Source: a virus
Virus record (IMG/VR): IMGVR_UViG_3300021976_000010
Coordinates: 1-64,000 of that record
Length of the DNA: 64,000 bases
Reading direction: 5' to 3' (one strand)
In this document: positions 1 through 8,335 of the stretch, piece after piece
Position numbering within the stretch: the stretch's first letter is position 1
How the letters are laid out: every line of letters begins with the position of its first letter
Translations under genes and position numbers: made by a program
Notes under the pieces: model-generated
The model's database searches: none
Told to the model about the DNA's origin: nothing
What the model saw: the letters and a program-made list of their open reading frames with translations, nothing else

Positions 1-93
1 ATCTTCTCCCAGATGGCCCGGGCCATCTGGGAGAAGATGAACATCGTGGTCGCAAACGGCACGGTCATGCCGCGAATCAGCGAAGACTTCTGA
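1..93 (+). CDS. 3' end of a hypothetical early protein (partial)
   Basis: Open frame IFSQMARAIWEKMNIVVANG...EDF* from the window edge to TGA at 91-93. Confidence 0.45.
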   Translation: MFSQMARAIWEKMNIVVANGTVMPRISEDF

Positions 94-125
94 CCATCAT
101 CAACCTCAAAACTGTGGAGACTACC

Positions 126-731
126 ATGAAGAGCTTTCTACTGCACGAAGACGACGGTGAGCCGGCGGCATGCGTCAAGACCGACGAGCTGCACGCCTTT
201 CTGCATCCGATCTGCGATCAGGGCACGCCTCACGATTTCGATGGCGGCAATCACGGGCTGACCGTCTCGTTCGTCGTTCATGTCGGCGACACCATGATAA
301 TGCGTGACGACAACAGCTTCCGGGTGCTGCCCAAGGACAAGCCGGTCGCCATCACTCGCCACGCGTTCCCGATGACACACATGGCCATGCTCGTGGTCGA
401 GCATGACAACGGCGCGCATCACGTGAACCGCATCGCGGCCGCTGTCGGAGACGAGCAGGCCAAGATCAACCTCGAGCAGTTCGACATGCCATACGCATAC
501 GGTGTGGACAAGCTGGTCACCTGCGAGAACGCGCTCTACGCACTCATGCGAATGGGCATGCTGCACGCCTTCGAGGAGTTTGTGACCGGCGAGCAGAGCG
601 ACCAAGACGCACTGATCGAATCACTGTCGTCCGAGATCCCCGACCTGTCCATTGCGCACAAGCTGTTGAACGACTGGTTCAACGGATGGGAGGACGTTGA
701 GTTGCCGAAGGCTGGGAGGATGGAGCCGTGA
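126..731 (+). CDS. hypothetical early protein
   Basis: Long ORF; GGAG RBS before ATG at 126; stop overlaps the next start (GTGA). Confidence 0.75.
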   Translation: MKSFLLHEDDGEPAACVKTDELHAFLHPICDQGTPHDFDGGNHGLTVSFVVHVGDTMIMRDDNSFRVLPKDKPVAITRHAFPMTHMAMLVVEHDNGAHHVNRIAAAVGDEQAKINLEQFDMPYAYGVDKLVTCENALYALMRMGMLHAFEEFVTGEQSDQDALIESLSSEIPDLSIAHKLLNDWFNGWEDVELPKAGRMEP

Positions 732-1108
732 CGATCTACCTACCCTATCCAGACTTTCGCCGCTCGGCCAAGTGCCTCACCGACGAGCACCTCAGGTTAC
801 AGCGCAATTGGATACGCAGCGCCATTCACGCGCTGACGGTGCCCGGGCGGCTGTCGCTGCGTGTGTACGATATCGACATCGGCGCGTGGGACGGGCACAT
901 GCGCTCGCTCCTGTTCCTCTGCGAGGCCACGCTCGACGAGCGAAAGCGACGCGGGATCGACGAGCGCGGCGTTACACCGTGGATGCTCGACCATGGTGAG
1001 GAGCCGCCCGCGTGGCTCGGCGATCCCGCGTTTCACGACGAGCAGAAGCGCAAACTTCTTCACCTTGCACCTTCGCACTACGGCAAGATGGGATGGAGAC
1101 TGTCGTGA
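728..1108 (+). CDS. pyrimidine-dimer DNA glycosylase (DenV/MSMEG_6728-like) family protein, divergent
   Basis: N-terminal MTIYLPYPDFRRSAKCL and C-terminal PPAWLGDPAFH...L...HY match the MQTFLPYPDF/PPWLGD pattern of this family. Confidence 0.6.
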   Translation: MTIYLPYPDFRRSAKCLTDEHLRLQRNWIRSAIHALTVPGRLSLRVYDIDIGAWDGHMRSLLFLCEATLDERKRRGIDERGVTPWMLDHGEEPPAWLGDPAFHDEQKRKLLHLAPSHYGKMGWRLS

Positions 1109-1308
1109 GATACATGCTGATGAAGACCACGCGCGATGGTCAGTGGTTCTACAAGAACGGCGAGGGGCGCGGTTGGAAGACCTCTCGCCGCGAGGGCACC
1201 ACGTACAGCGGCGAGGACTTTGCGCTGCGCGACCGTGCCAATGCGTTCACGCGCGAGGAGCGCGTGCTCATCACTGTCATCACGATAAAGCCCTACGAGA
1301 AGAGGTAA
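1105..1308 (+). CDS. hypothetical protein
   Basis: GTG overlaps upstream TGA; GGAG upstream. Confidence 0.55.
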   Translation: MRYMLMKTTRDGQWFYKNGEGRGWKTSRREGTTYSGEDFALRDRANAFTREERVLITVITIKPYEKR

Positions 1309-1310
1309 CA

Positions 1311-1502
1311 ATGACGAATCGCTTCCAGAAGCATGTCATCTGCGCCCTGATATGGTTGCTGACACTATGGTTCATGGCGTGGCTCGTCGCCCTGCCTATC
1401 GACTGGCGCATCGGTCTCACATGCTGGGTTGGCATGGTCGTTGACGACGTGGCCAAGTCCGTGGCCGGTCTCGACAAGAGGGAGTCAGACGGTGCCCATT
1501 GA
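1311..1502 (+). CDS. small membrane protein
   Basis: GAGG RBS; hydrophobic ICALIWLLTLWFMAWLVAL segment. Confidence 0.6.
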   Translation: MTNRFQKHVICALIWLLTLWFMAWLVALPIDWRIGLTCWVGMVVDDVAKSVAGLDKRESDGAH

Positions 1503-1944
1503 CATGACGAAGCTGGTCAGGATCATGCGCATGACCGAGAGCAGCTCCGACGGCGAGGCGCTCAACGCGTTGCGCCTAGCCAATCGCATGCTGAAGGCCG
1601 AGGGCAAGACATGGGAGGATATCATCGGCGCACGCGTAGGCGCGGCCAATCCGCTATCCCCCGACTATCGCCAGCCTCCGAGCCAGCGACGAACGGGGGA
1701 TACCAGTCGATGGGGCAAGCCCCAGTCACAGGAGCGTCCCACCGAGAACAAGGCCAAGGTGTACGACGAGAACATAGCTTCGATGCTCAATGCTCTCAGT
1801 GAGCGCAGGCACGATGTCAGCACTCTCATGTTCCTTGCCAGCATACGGGAGTTCTATGAGAAGAACGACTTTCTCACGCAGGCTCAGTACGACGCAATCA
1901 AGCGCATGCACGCGCGCGGACCAACGGGAGGGTTCAGGTGGTGA
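1492..1944 (+). CDS. hypothetical protein with an S..DGEALNA helical N-terminus
   Basis: GGAG RBS before GTG 1492; SSSDGEALNALRLANRML..EG.TWEDII resembles a motif I recall from alphaproteobacterial phage proteins. Confidence 0.65.
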   Translation: MPIDMTKLVRIMRMTESSSDGEALNALRLANRMLKAEGKTWEDIIGARVGAANPLSPDYRQPPSQRRTGDTSRWGKPQSQERPTENKAKVYDENIASMLNALSERRHDVSTLMFLASIREFYEKNDFLTQAQYDAIKRMHARGPTGGFRW

Positions 1945-2078
1945 ACATTGAATCGAGAGAGGATGCGCTGGTAGCACAGGAGCGCGAGTCACGGAACATG
2001 GTGCTGCTCGCGGTGCTGATTGCGACAGTGTCAACAGCCGTGGCCGTCATCATCTTCATATTCGAGGGGGCACCATGA
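1941..2078 (+). CDS. small single-TM protein
   Basis: GTGA coupling; VLLAVLIATVSTAVAVIIFIF hydrophobic stretch. Confidence 0.45.
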   Translation: MNIESREDALVAQERESRNMVLLAVLIATVSTAVAVIIFIFEGAP

Positions 2079-2177
2079 ACAAGCAGATGCTCGAGCTGCT
2101 CGCCGAGGAGATCAGCCTCATGCGACAGCTCATCAGGGTGAAACAGCGGCTGCTCACCGTAGGAAAGAGGAGGCTCT

Positions 2178-2396
2178 ATGCCAAGCCGAAGCGAAGACGA
2201 CTTCAAGCGCCTGTATCAGCAGGAGTGGCCGCCCGCCACGATGAGCGCTGAACAGTGCTACGCCAATCGACGCTGCCCCTACGGCGGCGGTCGTCACGAC
2301 TGCACGTGCAATGGCGAGTGCCCTTGGCGCATCAACAGGGAACGCGAGCTGGCCGCACGCCAGCGCAAGGTGAGGAGAGACGGACGATGGCTCTAA
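2178..2396 (+). CDS. small Cys-rich hypothetical protein
   Basis: AGGAGG RBS before ATG; several Cys/His. Confidence 0.5.
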   Translation: MPSRSEDDFKRLYQQEWPPATMSAEQCYANRRCPYGGGRHDCTCNGECPWRINRERELAARQRKVRRDGRWL

Positions 2397-2578
2397 CAAT
2401 CGAGAACATGCCGCGCGTCGAGGCGGTTGCTCACACGCTGGCCGAGCAGGCCATGACGAAGGGCAAGGCGTTCGCCGACAAGACGTTCGACAAGTGCAGC
2501 GCCGACACGCGCGCTCGCATGGCCGCGGAGTACATGCGTTTCGTGTGTGCGGTCATGGTGGACGCGAACAGCCGATGA
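2387..2578 (+). CDS. hypothetical protein
   Basis: AGGAG upstream; coupled to neighbours. Confidence 0.55.
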   Translation: MALTIENMPRVEAVAHTLAEQAMTKGKAFADKTFDKCSADTRARMAAEYMRFVCAVMVDANSR

Positions 2579-2772
2579 TAACCTGCGACGATATCGAGGG
2601 CCGATGCTGCTCTAGCTGTCACGAGGATGCCCAAGAGGGCTTCGACGGCGGCGAGATGTCGATGATATATGAGAGCGACGCGATGAACGCGCCGTGCTTC
2701 GCTCACGTGTGCTGCGCCAAGGTGGACGATGCGAGACGCATGCTGGCGTCGTACCTCAGAATGAAGAACTAG
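2575..2772 (+). CDS. small Cys-rich hypothetical protein
   Basis: ATGA overlap; CCSSCH...HVCC. Confidence 0.55.
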   Translation: MITCDDIEGRCCSSCHEDAQEGFDGGEMSMIYESDAMNAPCFAHVCCAKVDDARRMLASYLRMKN

Positions 2773-3087
2773 AGACCCTCTGGAGTTGGTGTCGGGGGAC
2801 AGCTGGCTCCAGTGGTACGCGTGGCGACCATGCATCGTCAGCGCGGGGCCTGTCCCGGGTGACTAACCTCCTGCCCGGGGCAGGCCGATGAACAAGAGAC
2901 CCTCTGGATGCGCACGTGGCCGCGCGGCGCGTGGTGTCCAGAGCTACGCGCGGGCGGTACAGGCCAGCGCCTCACCGATGAGTGGGGCCTCCTGCGCACC
3001 AAGGCCGCCAGCGCGGGCAGGCGTTGCCCCGGGTGCCTTGCCAGCCCCGCACCCGGGGCCGCCTGTACGGGCCGCGCTGGCCCATGG

Positions 3088-3131
3088 CAGGGCAGGGCAG
3101 GGGCGGGCAGGGCAGGGGCGGGCAGGGCAGG
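3088..3131 (+). repeat. 5-bp-period (A/G)GGGC tandem repeat with eight G3+ tracts (G-quadruplex potential)
   Basis: GGGCAGGGCAGGGGCGGGCAGGGCAGGGGCGGGCAGGG read directly. Confidence 0.85.
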
Positions 3132-3226
3132 CGCTGGCGGGTATTGGGGGCTACCCTAGTAGCCCGGGCGGGCAAAAGCCGCTGTACGGGGCGGGCTGGG
3201 CCGCCGTAGGGGTGCCTGTAAACGGT

Positions 3227-3248
3227 GCCCGGGCCGCCCGGGGCCGCC
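3227..3248. repeat. GCCGCCCGGG repeat family, copy at convergent gene junction
   Basis: GCCCGGGCCGCCCGGGGCCGCC; same unit at 38620-38637, 38797-38817 and 61574-61626. Confidence 0.7.
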
Positions 3249-3259
3249 ATTGGCGCATC

Positions 3260-3535
3260 TTAGGTTGTGCGGTGCAGCCCGCGCACCCGGACCGCCTCAG
3301 CGGCGTTTGTACCATTGAGTACGATGCGCACGTTGCCCGCCGCATATGCGCCGCTGTCATTGTGTCGCGCCATGCACCATTGACCCTTGCGTGGTCCTCG
3401 GTCATGCAGATGACCGCTTTCCTGCCATATCTGCAGCCATTCCCAAAATTCAAGTTCAAATGCAACACCACGCGCCTTCGCATGTTGTCTGTGTTTCTTA
3501 TACGCTTCGCGGTGATTGCTGTCTCGCTTATCCAC
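3260..3535 (-). CDS. HNH-like (beta-beta-alpha-Me) endonuclease
   Basis: AK.RG..F.L.F.EW..IW, CMARHNDSGAY..GNV.I...N; GTG start at 3535 with GGAAGG upstream. Confidence 0.7.
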   Translation of the reverse strand: MDKRDSNHREAYKKHRQHAKARGVAFELEFWEWLQIWQESGHLHDRGPRKGQWCMARHNDSGAYAAGNVRIVLNGTNAAEAVRVRGLHRTT

Positions 3536-3995
3536 GGCGAACGATCCTTCCCAATAGCAACCGCTGCACCTCGCTCCAGTCCCAACCGCCCGGGCCGCCA
3601 GCGCCCATGCAGCGCGCGTGACCACACTCCAGCCCGTCGTCGCGAAGCTCAACGACGAAACAACCGGGCACCATGTAGAGCTCATCGACCGAAGGGCCGC
3701 TTCGAGGGCCGCCCTTCGTCTGTCGTCGCACGGCGATCCACGTTCTACCGCCCATTCGGTAGCGTCGCTGATGCCAGCCGACCTGCATCGGCTTGAAGAC
3801 CACCGCGTATCCGCTCGTGGCCTTGCACTCCACCCATCCCTCGTTTCCCCCATCGTGAAGATAGTTGAAGTCCGGAACACCCTGCGTGACCAGACCAGTC
3901 TCAACCGTTGTGATCCAGAACCCTCGCGGCTTGAGGTGATTGCGCATCTCGGGGCGCAGGCCGTTGTCTGCCTTCTGCCGTGTCTTGCGCCTCAT
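3528..3995 (-). CDS. VRR-NUC/PD-(D/E)xK nuclease (Holliday junction resolvase-like)
   Basis: VET...GVPD...WVECK...Q..W motif. Confidence 0.8.
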   Translation of the reverse strand: MRRKTRQKADNGLRPEMRNHLKPRGFWITTVETGLVTQGVPDFNYLHDGGNEGWVECKATSGYAVVFKPMQVGWHQRRYRMGGRTWIAVRRQTKGGPRSGPSVDELYMVPGCFVVELRDDGLECGHARCMGAGGPGGWDWSEVQRLLLGRIVRRG

Positions 3996-4138
3996 GTCTC
4001 GTCCTCGTCTACTATGCGGATCGTGACCGCGTGCAGCTTGGTGATGCGAAGCAGCGCCTCGCGGTGCTCCTCGAACGTCGCGCGTGGTATGTAGAACTCG
4101 CCGTGATAGAGCACCTCTACGATTTCGTCGTCTTTCAT
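3992..4138 (-). CDS. hypothetical protein (48 aa, MKDDEIVEVLYHGEF)
   Basis: Fills the gap with ATGA overlaps on both sides. Confidence 0.55.
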   Translation of the reverse strand: MKDDEIVEVLYHGEFYIPRATFEEHREALLRITKLHAVTIRIVDEDET

Positions 4139-4461
4139 CGGAAGAACTTTCGTCCGAGCGCGGTGATGCTGTCATTCGCATCAATGAGGCCCCTGTCACG
4201 CAGACGCTTCAGCACCGGCCACGGCACCGTTCGGGGTTTCTTGTTGAGGCAACGCAGCATTGCCTCTCGCTCGTCGCTGCTCAGCTTCTCGTCCGTTGGC
4301 GTGTGCCGGTACTCGGATGGATCGAGCGTGACAACCTTTCCCCACTGCTCAGGCTTCATCATGTGACTCTCATCGATATAGACAGATGTGAAGTTCGTCT
4401 TGCTTCGCAGTATCTCCATGATCTTCTCGTCGATGTTCATGATATGCACAAATGGACTCAT
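4135..4461 (-). CDS. hypothetical protein with a winged-helix-like C-terminus
   Basis: LKRLRDRGLID...ITALGR; coupled overlaps. Confidence 0.6.
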   Translation of the reverse strand: MSPFVHIMNIDEKIMEILRSKTNFTSVYIDESHMMKPEQWGKVVTLDPSEYRHTPTDEKLSSDEREAMLRCLNKKPRTVPWPVLKRLRDRGLIDANDSITALGRKFFR

Positions 4462-4685
4462 GATAGCGCACTCCACACCGCGTACAGGAAGAACATGAGG
4501 CCGAACACCACGAAGCCGAGCGCGGCGTTGTTGCGCCGCTTCTCGCGCCTGCGCCATCTAGTGTCGACGGCCCTGCGCAGGGTGCCCGCCTGCTCGCAGT
4601 ACGGGAAGAGACAGTTGTTCAGACTGCGCGTGCCGATGATGCAGTCTTTGCTGATTGCGTCGCGATATGCGTGTGGGTCTGTCAT
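4458..4685 (-). CDS. small membrane protein
   Basis: AGGAG RBS; C-terminal TM ALGFVVFGLMFFLYAVW. Confidence 0.6.
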   Translation of the reverse strand: MTDPHAYRDAISKDCIIGTRSLNNCLFPYCEQAGTLRRAVDTRWRRREKRRNNAALGFVVFGLMFFLYAVWSALS

Positions 4686-4695
4686 GCGGTTTCTC

Positions 4696-5079
4696 CTATC
4701 GCAGGTCGATGGAGGGGATGATGGTGGATGGCTTGAACGTGATGCGATAGAAGTACGTGCCCACCTTGGCCGGCTCCATCTGCTCCGAGAAGTACGTGAC
4801 GTTGTCGCTGAGCCCGAGAAAATGTTTCTTGTACTGTCCTTCACCTGTCTTGCAAGTGACGGCGAGTTTCTTGTCTGAATGTTCCTGCGAGCACAGGCCC
4901 TCGATCGTGAGCATGTAGTCGTTGGTGATGCCGTTGTAGAATACGATGCGCCGGTTGATGCCGAAGTTGTCTGCGGCCTGCGAGAGATTGTACGAGGCGA
5001 CCTGCGCATCGTTGGAGCAGGCACCAATTGAGAAGCCGACAGTGGCGAGTGCGAAGGCGGTGAGTGCAAATGTCTTCAT
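4696..5079 (-). CDS. conserved phage lipoprotein (beta-rich)
   Basis: Signal peptide plus IGA-C lipobox; ADNF.INRRIVFYNGIT...YKKHFLGLSDNVTYF family motif. Confidence 0.8.
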   Translation of the reverse strand: MKTFALTAFALATVGFSIGACSNDAQVASYNLSQAADNFGINRRIVFYNGITNDYMLTIEGLCSQEHSDKKLAVTCKTGEGQYKKHFLGLSDNVTYFSEQMEPAKVGTYFYRITFKPSTIIPSIDLR

Positions 5080-5291
5080 GCTGTTGTCCTCGGTTTGATA
5101 AACTCTTGTATGTGGGGCTTGGTCTTACGGTACTCACAGTTGAACACGAGCTGTTCGATGTCTTGTCGTCCGATGGCCTGCATCGTCATGCGAGCCGCCG
5201 CCTCCTGACACTGGTCGTACGTCTGGTCAACGGGGCCGAACACGTGAACGATAGAGCCGGCCATGTTGTAGATGATGAGAAATACTTTCAT
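5076..5291 (-). CDS. hypothetical protein
   Basis: ORF with coupled overlaps. Confidence 0.6.
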   Translation of the reverse strand: MKVFLIIYNMAGSIVHVFGPVDQTYDQCQEAAARMTMQAIGRQDIEQLVFNCEYRKTKPHIQEFIKPRTTA

Positions 5292-5659
5292 TCAGTGTCC
5301 ACCTTCTTGCCGTCTACGAACGTGAAGTTGCTGGTGATGTTCACCCAGCTACGGATGCGCTTGATCTCGACGCGCAGAATGCCGCCCGCGTCGCTCAGCT
5401 CCCGCGCATGATCGTACAGGTTACCGAACTTGTCGTGAATGAGCTTGACACGAGCGTGCGCCACGGCGTCGAGAAACTTCTGCCGATTGGCGGGACCGGC
5501 GAATCGCGGCTCGGGAAAGGGAATCAGCAGCCACTTGTCTATGGCCTGCGGTGGATCGGCGAGCAGTGCCTCCAGCGTGACGAGAGGATGCAGAACGCGG
5601 TCGTGCGGGTGCACCGTCGCCGGTGCCTTGGCCTTGGCCTTCTTGACTGCCTTCTTCAT
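5288..5659 (-). CDS. hypothetical protein, Lys/Ala-rich N-terminus
   Basis: AGGAG RBS before ATG 5659. Confidence 0.65.
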   Translation of the reverse strand: MKKAVKKAKAKAPATVHPHDRVLHPLVTLEALLADPPQAIDKWLLIPFPEPRFAGPANRQKFLDAVAHARVKLIHDKFGNLYDHARELSDAGGILRVEIKRIRSWVNITSNFTFVDGKKVDTE

Positions 5660-6117
5660 GCCCGTGCTCCTGTCATCTTGACCCAGCCGCGTTTCATCAC
5701 TCGGCGTATGTCCCCGTTGGACACGCCGCGCATTTTCAGCTGCTCGAGGGTACGACCGCACTTGAACTCCGGGAACGTGAGTGCAAGGCGGGTGCCCCTG
5801 CGCAGCAAGACTTCGTCGCTGACCCACGTGACCACGGGCTGCGTCCCGATGGAAGGGGTCTGCTTGTTATACGACCACGTGAGGCGACACGCTGGTAGTA
5901 TCGTGATAGGCTTGCCGATGAGGCTCTCGGCGATTGCTCGCGATCGTGGAGTGCCTATGCGCACCAGACAGAGGACCAAGTCCGCCTGCGACAGGCCAGC
6001 GCGTGGACATTCTGTGATGAGAAGTGTGCTGCCAAGCGCGAAGTATCTTCGCACTCGGTAGTCAAGCGCGGGTGTTCGTGAGATGGCGGCAATCGCAGGC
6101 AGGTGACTACGGAGCAT
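5656..6117 (-). CDS. hypothetical protein, first gene of the leftward block
   Basis: ATG 6117 after GAAGG; basic C-terminus, possibly DNA-binding. Confidence 0.6.
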   Translation of the reverse strand: MLRSHLPAIAAISRTPALDYRVRRYFALGSTLLITECPRAGLSQADLVLCLVRIGTPRSRAIAESLIGKPITILPACRLTWSYNKQTPSIGTQPVVTWVSDEVLLRRGTRLALTFPEFKCGRTLEQLKMRGVSNGDIRRVMKRGWVKMTGARA

Positions 6118-6209
6118 GGTTGTGGCCTTCGGTGTTGAGCAGCGTGGAAGTTGTGGCAGCGCGGGGCAGGTTAGCGCCCGGGGCGTCCGCGGGGCCAGCC
6201 CAAAAGCGG

Positions 6210-6230
6210 TTATTAACAGCCTGTGCATAA
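6210..6230. promoter_or_regulatory. inverted pair of DnaA-box-like 9-mers
   Basis: TTATTAACA (6210-6218) and TGTGCATAA (6222-6230, = TTATGCACA on the minus strand). Confidence 0.5.
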
Positions 6231-6406
6231 CTATTTTTGGGGCTCGGTGCAGCGTCCCATGAAGGTGCTCGTTGCGAATTGGATTGGAAGGTTGCAATGA
6301 GGCGGGGGAACAGCCGCTAAAAGTGAAAGCGACCTACAGTACCAAGAACAACGGCACTGCAACACAGGTTGTAAAAACGCCCCCATAGCGCGCGCGGCGG
6401 CGCGTG

Positions 6407-6444
6407 GCGCGTGTGCAACGTACACGAGCACACACCGACGAGCG
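6407..6444 (+). repeat. 38-bp element, copy 1 (divergent promoter region)
   Basis: GCGCGTGTGCAACGTACACG-N6-CACCGACGAGCG; 34/38 identical to 40458-40495. Confidence 0.85.
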
Positions 6445-6576
6445 GGCGATATTGCGCGAGCGGTATCTATATTCCTGCGATTGCGGCCTGGACGGCTGGC
6501 GTGGCACAAGCTTCAGCCATGGCCCCGGGCCGGTTGTGTTGGCAGGGCCTCGGGGTTCTCACTCAACCGGTTCCAC

Positions 6577-7101
6577 ATGGCACGCAAGCGCAAATCAAGC
6601 ACAAGCATCGCAGTCAAAGGTTGGCACGTCGTCGTGACGGGCGAGCAATGCGAGTTCGAGGCCAAGCGCGAGCTGTCCAAGGCCGGGTTCGAAGTGGAAA
6701 TGCCGATGATAAGGGCCGCGCACTTCAACTATCGTGGTGTTCGGAAGGTGACGCCTCTGTTCGAGGGCTACGTATTCGTTCGCGAGAGCAGCGAGTACTG
6801 GCGCATCAGGGGCACCCGTGGTGTCAGTCACGTCTTGGTGATCTGCGAGAGACCTGCCGTTCTGGCGGATGATGAGCTCCAGTTCTTCTTGACCGTGTCT
6901 GTCGATGACTGCGGTTACTACGTTGACCCCGTCCAGAAGCTGTTCGCGCGTGGGGACATTGCAGTCCCCCGCTCTGGCCGTTTCGCCGGCTTGACCGGCA
7001 AGCTGGAGCGCTTGAACAAGGACGGGAGAACGAAGATGCTCTTTAACATGCTCGGTCGTACGGTGAGCACTGAAGAGTATCGGGTGACTGAGCTGGCCTA
7101 G
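6577..7101 (+). CDS. NusG/RfaH-family transcription antitermination factor
   Basis: NGN motifs WHVV.T...E, PLFEGYVFV, I.GTRGV..V; KOW-like GDIAVPRSGRFAGLTG, MLGR. Confidence 0.85.
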   Translation: MARKRKSSTSIAVKGWHVVVTGEQCEFEAKRELSKAGFEVEMPMIRAAHFNYRGVRKVTPLFEGYVFVRESSEYWRIRGTRGVSHVLVICERPAVLADDELQFFLTVSVDDCGYYVDPVQKLFARGDIAVPRSGRFAGLTGKLERLNKDGRTKMLFNMLGRTVSTEEYRVTELA

Positions 7102-7202
7102 CGTCACGGCTCTAGTACATGCGGCCTGCCTCCCACCGCCCCGTCGGTGGTGCGCAGCGCGTGCCGATTTCCGTTTCCGTGAAAACAACATGAGGGGTTC
7201 AA

Positions 7203-7796
7203 GTGGCGAAACGAGCTGCGAAGGTGACTGTCAAGAAGGGACGTGGAGGGCAGAACAAGAAGCCCCTCAAGGCTCCAGCTGATAGACGCCCGCAGAAGGG
7301 ACGCAACACCACGGGTCTCGTCCCTTTCGCCAAGGGGAACAGCGGACGCAAGAAGGGCATCCCAAACAAGTTCACGCTGAAGCTCAAGGACGCTATCATG
7401 CAGGCCGCCGAGATGAGCGGGCGCAACGGCAAGGGCAAGGACGGCGCAGTTGGCTATCTGGTGTGGCTGTCGCGTGCTGAGCCCGCCGTCTTCGGTCGCA
7501 TGCTCGAGAAGGTCATGCCGCTCCAGATCGACGTCAAGGACAAGACGGATCACCGCATGAATGCGCAGGAGGCAGTCGAGCGGCTCAAGGAACGCGGGCT
7601 TCCTATTCCCCCGGCCTTGCTCTCGCTCGCAGAGGCTGTCGGCAGGGCCGTTGTCCATGCGCAGGAACGCGACGACGATGAGGCCCTCGACGCAGAGGGT
7701 ATCGACGTGGATAGCATCGACGACGATGCTGACGAAGAGACCGAGGACGAGGAGTCCGCGCGAGACGACAACGAGAAGGGAAGCGGTGATGCATAG
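7203..7796 (+). CDS. terS: terminase small subunit
   Basis: F.KGNSGRKKGIPNK...LKDAI..AA...G..GYL...A..P..F..L.KV.P; located upstream of TerL. Confidence 0.75.
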   Translation: MAKRAAKVTVKKGRGGQNKKPLKAPADRRPQKGRNTTGLVPFAKGNSGRKKGIPNKFTLKLKDAIMQAAEMSGRNGKGKDGAVGYLVWLSRAEPAVFGRMLEKVMPLQIDVKDKTDHRMNAQEAVERLKERGLPIPPALLSLAEAVGRAVVHAQERDDDEALDAEGIDVDSIDDDADEETEDEESARDDNEKGSGDA

Positions 7797-8046
7797 CATT
7801 GACAGTGAGACCGAGAAGCTGATTCAACAGCGCGTTCGTCTGATGCTCGAGCCGATCGCTCGGTCGGCGGCGCAGGGCGAGGGCACGTTTGACCCCGGTG
7901 TGGGGCGCGAGTCGCAGGCCGCCGCGCTCGACGTCGCCGTGGTGCTGATATCCAACATCATCATGGCGACAGACGCACTGCGCACCATTGCTCGCGTTCT
8001 CGAGGCCGAGCACGAGCGCGACAATGTCGACGGGGCGCGCGGGTAG
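7789..8046 (+). CDS. hypothetical protein
   Basis: ORF overlapping the terS stop. Confidence 0.55.
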   Translation: MHSIDSETEKLIQQRVRLMLEPIARSAAQGEGTFDPGVGRESQAAALDVAVVLISNIIMATDALRTIARVLEAEHERDNVDGARG

Positions 8047-8335
8047 CGTGCTCGACTATGTTCGCGAGAACTTTCCGCGTCTGTACTGGTACTTCCACGG
8101 TCCAGTCGGCAATCCGCAACCCAGAGCCAAGGGATATATCGACATGAGTGCAGGTGCTGTCGTACAGTTTCTGATCATCGAGGGTGTTCTGTTCTGCGTG
8201 CTGATGCTGGCATTGTGGGGCGTGCGCAAGCTCATCACAGACGCTGAGCTGGCCAAGTGGGTGAGCATCATCCTGATTCTCATCATCGGCGGTGCGATGC
8301 TGCTGAAGCTGCTCGGGTTCGCGGGCATCCTGTGA
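8024..8335 (+). CDS. membrane protein with two TM helices (alternative start 8144)
   Basis: Two hydrophobic segments. Confidence 0.6.
   Translation: MSTGRAGSVLDYVRENFPRLYWYFHGPVGNPQPRAKGYIDMSAGAVVQFLIIEGVLFCVLMLALWGVRKLITDAELAKWVSIILILIIGGAMLLKLLGFAGIL

Noticed and set aside
2888-3796. 302-aa plus-strand ORF and other ORFs across the GC-rich repeat region
   Set aside because: Low-complexity translation of stop-poor repeats, antisense to convincing nuclease genes
4696-5079. Recombination directionality factor (a label sometimes given to this family)
   Set aside because: Clear signal peptide and lipobox, and no integrase in the window
6500-6520. sigma54 promoters at TGGCAC sites (6502, 40553)
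   Set aside because: No TTGC at the required -12 spacing
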